A stretch of 64,000 nucleotides of DNA from Catajapyx aquilonaris (taxonomy: Eukaryota). The notes under the pieces are model-generated. The model saw only the letters and a program-made list of their open reading frames with translations. It made no database searches and was not told the DNA's origin. Positions within the stretch are counted from its first letter, which is position 1. Every line of letters begins with the position of its first letter. The DNA lies in assembly GCA_000934665.2 (NCBI GenBank), contig KZ538069.1, positions 1 through 64,000 of the forward strand. Reading direction: 5' to 3'. This document shows positions 11,938-23,600 of the stretch, piece after piece. The position numbers were made by a program, and so were the translations under genes.

Positions 11938-14900
11938 TCAACCACAGCACTTCTGCTTAGGCTTATGTTTCTTGGCATCTGCTTCTTCCACATTGTTGTT
12001 GCTCAAGGATATGCTTCCAAGTGGTGGTTCAGTTGACTTTAAGTTGAACACATGGTTCACCAAGAAGTACATCGCTTCACCTTTAATAAAATGCAGTCAT
12101 ATTTGTTATGATTAGAGATGAGTCATTTTTACATGGGTGGAGGGATATAATGGGCCAAGTCAGCACTTGGAAATTTATGTATCCTATGTTAAAGACCCAC
12201 AAAAAAGGCACATTTATTTTCTTGCAAATACACTGTACTTGCCCAACACCAATGAAGTATGCCTAGCACGAAAATCACATACATGTTGATGTTACAAATA
12301 CGAATTACTTGAGAATGAATCATGTTTTAATCGCACAATTTATATGCTAATGAGCCACATGGAAGAGCAATGTTAGGGCGAGATATCAATGCATTTGTCA
12401 GTGGAACAAGAAGAATAGGACAGTATTTATGTAGCGCGCCAGGGGCAATGGAGTTCACCCAGAGCGCTAAACATGCCACAAAGTTCACCCACTGTTAAAT
12501 ACAGACTGATGTGGTTGTATCAGATGAAAAAAAAAGTTCAGGTCTCTTGCCCTGCGCCACAATTCCATTACTCATTGCACTCTGTGTCTAAAAATAACAA
12601 TCACGGGAGGTGATAAGCCCATTCCTCCAGGGGTATCCAAGGTGATATGGAAGAGCTCTGAAGAATAAGGAAAGTCTGCGTATGTTGGTTCCACAAGAAG
12701 GGCATGTGCCATGTTCCATGGTAAGGGGCAACACATGAAGTAACAAAACTACAAGAACTATCCAGAAAAATATTATTATGTACAGCAGCAAGGAAAAACC
12801 AAGAGATGAGAAAAATATGTGTCGCAAAATCGGCAAAAGGAGCAGCGACCATCAGTTTTAAACAGGGTTGTGAACCGAACCGAACCCTTGCTCCGTGAAC
12901 CCGATAACAGCGAACCCGATCCGGAGCAGTAGAGTCGGGTTCGGAGCGAGCGTCGGAACGGGGTTCGGGTTCAAGGCGGCTCCGGAGTTGAGTGGAGCCA
13001 AGGTCGGAGCTGGTTCGGAGCAAGCGCCGGAACGGGGTTCGGGTTCAAGCTGGTTCAGGAGAAGAGTGGAGTGAAGGTTCGGAGCTGGTTCGGAGCGAAC
13101 GGGTTCGGAGTTGAACCCGGTTCAGGAGCGGGGTTCGGAGCGTGTTCCGGATCGGGTTTGGAGCGGTTCAAAGCTTGGTTAGGTACAACATACCAACCCA
13201 ACAGGGGGAAAGGCAGCAAAACCGCTGGATTTACTCCAGAGTATGCATCATGTTTTCATGGTGGGAGAATGACATTTCCAAGCACCCGCGATACATGGTG
13301 TACCGCAAATGTCACATTTTCATGCATGCGCATTTTTGTTTGTTACAATATGTCATGCGCATTTTTGTTTGTTACAATATGTCATGCGCAGTTTTGTTTG
13401 TTACAATATGTCATGCGCAGTTTTGTATGTCACATTTTCATGTCTGACGCATTTTTTTGTATGTTACAATATCATATTATTGTAACATACAAAAAATGCA
13501 TATGACATGAGAATGTGACATCCAAAAAATGGGTATGGTACCGTATATTGAGGCATTCAAAAATGCGCATGACATAATTATTGTGGCATACAAAAATGCG
13601 TCAGACATGAAAATGTCACATCCCAAAAATGCGTATGACCTATTGTGACATACAAAACTTCGCATGACATATTGTAACAAACAAAAATGCGCATGCATGA
13701 AAATGTGACATTTGCGGTACACCCTGTATCGCGGGTGCTTGGAAATGTCATTCTCCCACCATGAAAACATGATGCATACTCTGGAGTAAATCCAGCGGTT
13801 TTGCTGCCTTTCCCCCTGTTGGGTTGGTATGTTGTACCTAACCAAGCTTTGAACCGCTCCGAACCCGATCCGGAACACGCTCCGAACCCCGCTCCTGAAC
13901 CGGGTTCAACTCCGAACCCGTTCGCTCCGAACCAGCTCCGAACCTTCACTCCACTCTTCTCCTGAACCAGCTTGAACCCGAACCCCGTTCCGGCGCTTGC
14001 TCCGAACCAGCTCCGACCTTGGCTCCACTCAACTCCGGAGCCGCCTTGAACCCGAACCCCGTTCCGACGCTCGCTCCGAACCCGACTCTACTGCTCCGGA
14101 TCGGGTTCGCTGTTAACGGGTTCACGGAGCAAGGGTTCGGTTCGGTTCACAACCCTGGTTTTAAAATGGTCCGAGGTGACCCAAAAAGTGGTGCACACAA
14201 CAACCTGTCGACTCTGCATCCATGACATGAAGATGAACTTTTATGCGTAACTTCTCAAAGACTAACGGTAAATTCATGAAATCAGGACCTGCCCTCTTGA
14301 GAACAGGCCAAGAAGAAAGCATTCTTGGTGCCACTGCAACAATAAAAAGACTTGCTTGGGAGAAGGAATGGATCCATTGGGCACATCAGATGAGGCGCCT
14401 TCTTCCAAACCCGATAAATCCAAGATAAATGGTTCCGAGATAATTGAGAAAAAGCTGTGGTGCCGAAGCTAATTAATATTACTAGACCGACCCAAGTCCA
14501 TCTGCTACATATGTGGATGCTGCATATAATGAGCTTTTACAAGAAAATGATCAACATCGTCAAGTCGTAGTTTCAGGAATAGTCGTTGTGGATATATCGA
14601 TTTTTGCTGCAAAGAGAGTGGATTTGGCGGATTTTGCAGCATTGAGGATGAGGCACATAATATATGGGCGAGTGGCCTTCTGTTCGATTTGCCTGAAAAT
14701 GGGATATGTTGTAGCCCAGACCATCCTGATCAATGTTGGATAGGGACATTTCGAGGTAGGACCTACAGGGAGCATGCTATTGACCTCCGAAGGTCATATG
14801 GGATATGATCTAGTTTTCCGCTCGATTTGGCTGAAAATGGGATACCGTATTTACTCGCATATAAGACGCACCCCGGTTTTGAGGCGAAAAATCGTGGAAA

Positions 14901-17900
14901 ATCGGTTGTTGACTCATATAAGACGCACCCAGATTTATTGCCGTAGTTTGGGAACTGGCCTCGAGCTGCCGGCAGCAACCTCGTGTGCAATGCGTGTGCA
15001 ATGCATGTGCAATGCATGTGCGTGTGGAATCCATTAGATTCCAGTAAAAAGTGGGGGCAAGTGGAAAATGGGACAATGCTACGCATCTGAAACGTATAGG
15101 TGGCAAGGTCACACCGGAATTGTGCACGTGTGTGGACGGCCGAGGAGAGCGACGATGACTGATTCGAATGTGCGATGTTTTTAAATTTTTCAATAAACAA
15201 TTTTCACGATTTCTCACGGGTTTCACCCGTTGTGCCCTGCCGTATAAGACGCACACGCGTATAAGACGCACACGCGTATAAGACGCACCCTACTTTTTGA
15301 GCTACAAAAATCGGAAAAAAAGTGCGTCTTATATGCGAGTAAATACGGTATGTTGCAGCCCAGACCATCCTGATCAATGTTGGATAGGGACATTTCGAAG
15401 TAGGACCTACAGGGAGCATGCTAATTGCTATTCATCGAAGAGGCTAGAAGACTGCTGTGAGAGAAACCTTGCTTCTTTACATTGACGCAATGAATGTTGA
15501 AGTGCAGCTGGAGGAAACTCCAGATGACAACCTTCAAGGAGTAGAATTTGAACCAGATGAATAGGTAATAAAGATTAATAGATAATTTAATGCAATAACC
15601 ATTGAGTTCCTGAGACTTATTGTAGTCTACTACTCCCCCTATTACCTTCGGAGGTCATTAGCATGCTCCCTGTAGGTCCTACCTCGAAATGTCCCTATCC
15701 AACATTGATCAGGATGGTCTGGGCTACAACATATCCCATTTTCAGGCAAATCGAACGGAAGGCCACTCGCCCATATATTTTGTGCCTCATCCTTTGAAAA
15801 TCCAGTGGTGACTCCATTACAGGAACATCAGCTTCAGGGTCATGGCTGAAAGTGGTGTGAAGCGGAGTCGGAGTGATTATGATAATAATTGTGAATATTT
15901 CAGTCACGTATCATAACAGCATTACCAGCATAACTGGTATTTTTATGTATAGAGTCTTCATTTACCTCGGTCCCGTCACGGGTTCATCCGGCACGTACAT
16001 CTTGGAGCAGGAACCTATGTAGTCTGACTGCCAGACGACTGCCTTGACAAAGAACGCGTACGGGAGGAAGCACAACTCACTGTGGTGCCATGTGTAGCTT
16101 AGAGATGGATTTGTCTGAGTACGAAAGATATCCCAGGCCAACTAGAGCTGTTCACGCTGGATTTGTCGGGTTATGGATGATTCGGTGGATTTGTCGGTTT
16201 TAGAAACATAGAATATGTACTTCCTGCCTGCATTTGTCGGGTTTTGCATGATCGGCCACTTTTCTTCGGGCCATTACACCCGCATTTGTCGATGTTTGCT
16301 GAATATTTTGTCGTTACGTGATGAAACACATCTTGAAGAACATATTTCCACCCTTAACTAATTTTTTGGGGAAATTGGATTTGTCGGGTTTTGGAAGAAG
16401 GTGCCTCAGATGTGGAATGAGTCATGTTTTGCGACGAATTAGTCAGTACAGGGACATCCATAATCGAGTACTGCAAAACAAAGGGGGAGGCATACCATCC
16501 CAATGTCTCACCAGAACCATCAAACATCCACACAGCATTATGGTGTGGGGATGCATGGGTAGTGTCGGCCTTGGCAACTTTCATGGATTCAATGGCACCA
16601 TCGATACAGCCATGTTTCAGGAGATTTTGAGAGACCATCCGCTGTGTGTGCCCTCAATAGCAACCTTACATCTGGATGTCAACGTAATATTTCAACAGGA
16701 CTTCGCACCATGCCAAAACAGCAGAAGCAAGTGGCTGGGAGACAAGGGGATTGACAATCTATGTGGCCATCGAACAGCCTGGACCTTAATCCAATTGAGA
16801 CTGACTGGAAAATCATGAAGAAGGTACTTCGGAGGAAACACCCTTGCACCAAGGTTTAGGTTTAGGTTTATTAAGAAGAAGCCAAAGCAACTATGGCTAT
16901 CTGGCTATAGAAGACGCAAAGGTGGGACAGATGGAGAGAGAAACAAAGAGGAAAAAGAAGAGAGGAAAGACTCGTATCTCTCTTAGTCTGTCTCCCATCC
17001 CAAAGACCTGTCCTGCTTGGGTGGCCCTACCAGTAGACGAAGCTACCGGCGGCATAGCTCTTCGGGTCATGGGAGAAATGCAAACCCCACCACCACGATA
17101 AGGTGGAAATACCTTCGGGGGGTTGCACCAAGGCATCCCTGAGGACCAAACTACAGGAGGTTTGGGACAGCATCACTCCAGCCAAGTGCCAGAGCTCATT
17201 CAACACAATGTTGTGTTGTGGGGAGGCGGTCATTGCTGCCCATGGCGACGTCACCTGCTTCTAGGCGAACTTTGTGGCGCGTTTAGCACTCTGGGCGAAC
17301 TCCATTGCCCCCAGCGTGCTAAATAAATACTGTCCTATTCTTTTTGTTCCACTGACAAATGCATTGATATCTCACCCCAACATTGCTCGGAAAGTCTATC
17401 GTTTATCCGCACCTAGCGACGCGACGGGGTTGGGACTCCAAACATGTTGGCTACGGGTCGCAAACAATCGGTTGCCGGGGGAGCACAACAAAGGGCGTCT
17501 TCTTACCACTGCCACGCGACCCGATCAGACGAGTGCTAGGACCACAGTATTAATGAAGGAAGTGGGAAATATGAAAGCCATGATGGTTACTGCAGTCTGT
17601 TGACCCAGAGAACGACATGATGTCACACCATAAGGCGTGTGTTATGAGCGTGTGCAGTAGTATGCCTGCAGAGTGAGTCGTGGGCATGATTGGAGGGGAG
17701 AGCCGGGTGGAGGGGGGCGGAATTTGGCGTGATGTCGTTCGTTGGTTTAAAGGATTGTGTGAAGGTGTCATTCGCACGTGGCAAAGCCACAATAACGTTC
17801 GTTGGCCTGCGGCGCACAATGAGGACCGCATTGTAGGCGTATACAAACCCACAATAAGTGCCCAGCTCCGCTTTCGCTTCGCAAAAACTAAAAATATCAC

Positions 17901-20546
17901 GCACGGGCGACGTACCATGCCTGACAGGGCCACAACAATGTACAGTACTGTTGCGGTAACAAAAAGCCATACAGCAATACCAAGACAAAGGGCTATTCCA
18001 TCCACTTAATCACCTCAAAATCCCGAATTGAATCCCCAAAAGGCCAAAAAGAAGAATAAAGCACAGTTCCATGTAACCATGCAGCAGTATCAATAGGCAC
18101 CCGACTGTTTGCGACGCAACGTTGCCAACCGTCGGGAGGCCTAACACCGACCGTGTTGTTAAGGTGCGGATAAACAATAGTCTATCCCATTGCTCTTCCA
18201 TGTGGCTCATTGGCATATAAGTTGTGGCATTAAAACATGATTCATTCTCAAGTTATTCGTATTTGTAACATCGACATGCAGGGGATTTTCGTGCTAGGCG
18301 AACTTCATTGGTGTTGGGCAAGTACTCCCGAGTATCCGGGTGCGGATTATTATCCATGCATTGCCAAAAAATTAAATAAAAAATAAAAATCCGAAAAAAT
18401 GTCAATATGTTTCACAAACGAAGAAATATAACAGACTTTTTCTAGAAGACGAACTAAAAATCTATGGTAAGTTCTATTATTTTGATTAAACCTTAGTTAA
18501 AGTAGCATACACATGTACAGTAGTACATTAAAAACCTGTGAATAGCAGCTCATTTTTACGGTGTCTAGGACAATTTTTGGCTTATCTGCATTTTCTGATT
18601 ATCCGGTGACACCCGTGCATTCATTAACCCAGATAATCGGAGTACAGTGCATACCAAATGTCTTTGATCTGGCCATAAAGGTAACATTTGTGCACGCATT
18701 TAAGCTTAACAACATTTATAAGCAATAGCAGGGTGGCTAATCCATAGTAGTTAGCCATCATCCAGTCTTCTATAGCCAAACCAAGGATGAGGATGTATGT
18801 ACAGTCCCGCTCATAAAGAATGGTATGACTCTATGCACGAAATGTTTATCCTGATTATCGAGCCTTATTCCCAACCTTAATTCGACAAAACCTTATGGAC
18901 AACCTTTTCTGGACCTCTGGTGACTCGTATGATCCATCCCAATTTTAAAATAAAAATTTTAATGACCAAAATGTTCAACCTGGTGCAATGCTTTCGTAGT
19001 GTTGATGTGGATATCCCCCCTAAAATTTTCTTACTTAGCTTTGTTTTTCTCTTCTCTTTTTTATTTTATTTTGATTCCCTTTTCCCAGACTTCCTCGTGA
19101 CCCCTCAAAACATGCTGGCGACCCATGGGTTGGGAACAGAATAAACATTTCGTCCACATAGAGTCGTTCCATTCTTTATGAACGGAACTGTACAACAGTT
19201 CTGGACATTAATGGTAGAGTACTGACAGCGACATTTTCCGAGGCAGCAGAAGAGCACATCGAAGTGATGAAGTACGAGTCTCGCGAGTTAGAAATGGTAG
19301 GCACTGGGTGACGTCATCTGTGGGCTCAATCGTTCAAAACACTATTGTGCCCAGCCGGGGGAGGTGTGGTGGCCGAGATGGTAACGTCTCGGCTTGCTGA
19401 GTGGAAGTTCCCAGGTTCGATCCCCGCCTGGGAGTTCCCTTCCACCTGCATCGGGAGGGTCCCTGACCTGCACCTTGGAGGTGTCTGGCAACCTAACCTC
19501 CTGGGGGACTGCACATGGCCCAAACTTGAGACATTGCATCTGCACCCATGTCCCCTCCCCAAAAATCCCCATCCTTACCTAATGTCCTTGATTCCTTGCA
19601 CCGGAGATTGAAGTTAACAAATCAGAAAATTGATGGTGGTGTGCCGCCCCCCAAAAGGGCCTGTGGAGGCCTATCACGGGGTAAAATTGTTAAAAAATAA
19701 TTTTAAAAAATAAATAATAATAAATATTGTGCCCAGTCGGTGACGTCACCCAGGGCCTATCATTCTTACTCGCAAGGCTCGTACTTCAACACTTCGATGT
19801 GCTCCTCTGCCGCCTTGGAAAATGCCACTGTCAGTAGGCCTACTCTACCATTAATGTCCAGCACTGTACAAGCTACACCACTGTTCAGAGAGACAGTCCC
19901 TCAAGGAATCACATTGGCATAATTCATGCTGAGCTATAACTTTACTCTATATGATTCTCTTTTATACTCCTGATTACGCTGGCCAACAACTTAACTTTTT
20001 CGTTGTAACATTGAACTGATAGGGGCCTTCTGTGTGTATTTTTTGTGCTGATTTCAAATCTGTTTTCAAAATATTTCTGGAGAACAGAGTTGACTGTCAG
20101 ATCTGGACGTGACCCAGGTGCAAGGCCCTTCACCTTTCTGGAGGACAGGATTTTGTTAGTTTCATGCATTTCTGTAGACATTTCTGTAGACAGTCCTGTC
20201 CTGAAGAAACTCCTTTTCACCTCCTGATGACAAGATAAATAGGGGCCAGTTCAGTTTCTGCAAAGCCTTGAAATTGTGAAAATGCTTCCCCTTGTCAAGC
20301 AAATATATATTCGCCAAGTAAAAACCAAAAACAATAAAATAAAAAGAACAAGTCGTTTTGAACTACGAACATGTGAGGGTAATTGTAGGCCTACAAAAAA
20401 ATCGAATTTTAAAAAAGTCAAGCAACCAGTTTGGACAATTTCATATACAGGGTGTTCCAAGTTCATGGGCTGTTTTTGTTATCACTGATATCGTCCAACG
20501 TAGTTATCAGGGGCATTGAAGGGGATCGGACCCCAACAAACTTTAA

Positions 20547-20640
<94 letters not shown>

Positions 20641-23600
20641 GATACCCTGTGATAGGCCTCCTTGGGCCTCTCAGGGAATCATCTTTTCGTGAACCGTCTT
20701 TAATCATTGCCTACGCTGTGATGGATTTTGATAGTGGGAGGAAACGGGAGAACCCCGAGAAAACCCACGCGAACACGGACAGAACCCATAGAAAATCTAT
20801 TCACGTAAGTATCCTCCGTCCGACCCGGGGATCGAACTCGGGACCTCAGAGGTGGAAGGCTGTGGCTCCAACCACCGATGCCACCGTGTTGCCCTATAAT
20901 AATTATAAAAACCTGAGCAAAACTTCCTACAACTACAGTAGGCCTATAACTATTATAAAAAGTGCCACAAACTTGGAACACCCTGTGAATGACCCTTTCT
21001 TGAAAACATCTAGAGTATGTTGATTTCCAAAAAATTTGAGCCCTTAGGACAAATTCTGACCTCATATTCAATTTCGGCATCAGAAACTATGATACATAAG
21101 AATCAGCCAAAATTATCATATTACAAAATCACTGTTGGCCAGTGTTATTATATTTAAACCACTGTATGTTCATAACTCACAAATTACCATGCACAGATTG
21201 CCACAAACACCAATTACCAATTTGTTATTAAATGACTTCATATTGGCATCTGGACCTGAACTGGAACTGAAAAGACTTTGTAACACCATGCCCCTTAAAA
21301 ATAGGATGTAGCAATTTAATTCCTTGTGTCAATAACAATGATACAGGACTGCTCATAACCTCCAAGGTAGTATGACTGTGCCATAAACCATTATGCCACC
21401 ATGTCACCCTACATGGCATTAAGGGCAAAACTCATTCTGTACCATATTTAGCTCCTGCCCCTTGGGTAAAAGACCCTATTGGGTACATACAGTGTTCCAA
21501 GTACTGGGGCCCTTTTAGTTATTGCAAATTTCACCTGAAGTTGTTATTTTTGTGTCGTTTGTTGCATCCTGATCGAGGCACCCAAGTATACTCTATATCA
21601 GCTGCTACATTCGACCAACCTGGGAATAATTGTGCACCTTGATCGGGGTGCAAAAAGCTACACAAAAATAACAACTTCAGGTGAAATTTGCAATAGTTAA
21701 AAGGGCCACAATACTTGGTACACACTGTACTTTTGAAATATGTAGTTCATCAATTGGCCACTATATTTCCCACACCCCACACCCACCTACACACCAATCT
21801 TGAAAAAAAGGTAACAGTACTCACTGATATTAACATTGTCTTTTGCTGATGTCAAGAACCATCCAATGAGGTTGTTTTCTTGGCAGAAGTTGGAGATGGT
21901 TTCAATTGGGATGGAAATTCCACTTATGTCACACTTGTTGGCCAAAAGCAGCACTGGTATGGGATTGCCATTTTGAAGCTGTACCTTTTCACGCACATCA
22001 TGCAACCACTGAAAATGAGAAAATGTAAGCAACACAAAATAAAGGTGAAATCAGAATTATCACCTTTTGTACCGAGTTGAAAGTTGCAAACCGTGACAGG
22101 TCAAAGACAATGACAGCACCTATCCTGAAATATGAGCTCTAGCTATCACTTCAATCAAATGTAGAGACTGTACTAATGATATCCTTCAAGTGCTTTTCAA
22201 TGACAGAAACTGGTGTTTTTTTTTACCAGAAATAATTCAAGTTGCAGGACGCATGAAAACATGTTTATGAAGAATAACACATTATTCATTGTAAAAAAAA
22301 ATAAGGCATATGTGAATATTAATTTCCTTTCAGAAATAATCATACGAGGGCTATTTTTAAATCAAGTTCCGATGAGCTGAAAAATACAAACAAGAGTAAG
22401 GAAAATGTTTTAATCCTCACAAAAGTGAGAGTCATCCTTCTGGTACTTCTCCATATATACAGGGTGTTCCAGAGTTGACGACTCACTCTTTGAAACGCAA
22501 TTACTTTCGAACGGAATAACATATTTATTTAATGTACGTACCAAAACATCAAGGAAATACTAACTTAAGACCTGTTCTCCATGGTATGGTCAACCACCCC
22601 CCCTTCCACGTCGATGCAGGCCTGCAAGCGCATGGGGACGTTGTCGCACACCTTCCGACAGAAGTCAACAGGGATCGCGTTGAACTCCTGTGTGATTATG
22701 TCATGCAGATGCTCCAGGGAGCCGATTCGATGGTGGTAAACCTTTTCCTTCAGATAACCCCACAGGCGTCGGACTGATTTTGCTTTTGCTGGAGAACTTT
22801 CCAGTGCATCTCGGATGCGCTGTTTGTTTTCTGCATTCACAACTGTTCTCCCTTTGCCGGGTTTCTTTTGATCCAAGACACTTCCAGTTTCATCGAACCG
22901 TTGGTTTATCCTCGCAACAGTTTTTCGGGTAGGAGCTGGTCCACCGAAAAGGTTTGCCATTTGACAGTACACTTCTGTCGCATTTTTTGTCACTGAATAC
23001 AGTCGAACACACTGGACACGTTTCTCTAAGGACAGTCTTGATTCGGCCATTTTTGTTGCAGGACCTGAACATTGCTTAGTACTGCCACCTACATGGAAGA
23101 TTTTCGCACCTCCCTTGATGTTTTGGTACGTACTTTAAATAAATATGTTGTTCCGTTCGAAAGTAATTGCGTTTCAAAGAGTGAGTCATCAATTCTGGAA
23201 CACCCTGTATATTGAGTCACTTGTCATAACGTGGCACCCTCTTTTCTAACCCTAATACAATCGACGCTCCCGCCAAACGCTATGTTCACTCTGTAATTAG
23301 ATTTCTCCAAGCTGAAGGACAATTGCAGCCAAAAGTCACAGACTGTAATTTGTATGCAGAAAAGTGCATGAGTGACATTCTGAATCAGAATTTTCAAGAA
23401 GAACGAAATGATGTCCATAATGAGGAAGGTCATGGGAGAAAGTCTGTGGCGACTGACAAGTTGCTGAAAAGTCAACAATGTTGATTTAGAGCTCATCAGG
23501 TACAATTTCTGACCTGTCTGATGATTTCCCCCCAAATTTTGTGTTCAGCTCTTTATGAAATTGTCACAGGAAAGCTACACTATCACAGGCGTTGTGCATA

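Larger units (their letters stand above)
12238..18322 (+). mobile_element. Tc1-type element with long IR/DR inverted repeats and decayed transposase, disrupted by multiple nested insertions
   Basis: TA duplication at 12236-12237 and 18323-18324. TIRs of about 250 bp (12238-12490 versus 17265-17388 plus 18188-18322) each carry three CAATGAAGTTCGCCTAG-like direct repeats. Transposase pieces: KWSEVTQKVVHTTTCRL and KRLAWEKEWIHW..SDE (about 14165-14400), then KHPHSIMVWGCM, FQQDFAPCQ and LNPIE (about 16500-16830). Confidence 0.8.

Noticed and set aside
13320..13700. Short regularly spaced repeats resembling a CRISPR array
   Set aside because: The units are head-to-tail tandem copies without unique spacers, the context is eukaryotic, and there are no cas genes.
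12601..14225. Mirror-image ORFs of 100-144 aa on both strands
   Set aside because: They are by-products of the palindrome and its GGTTCGG and 30-bp repeats, with no protein motifs.
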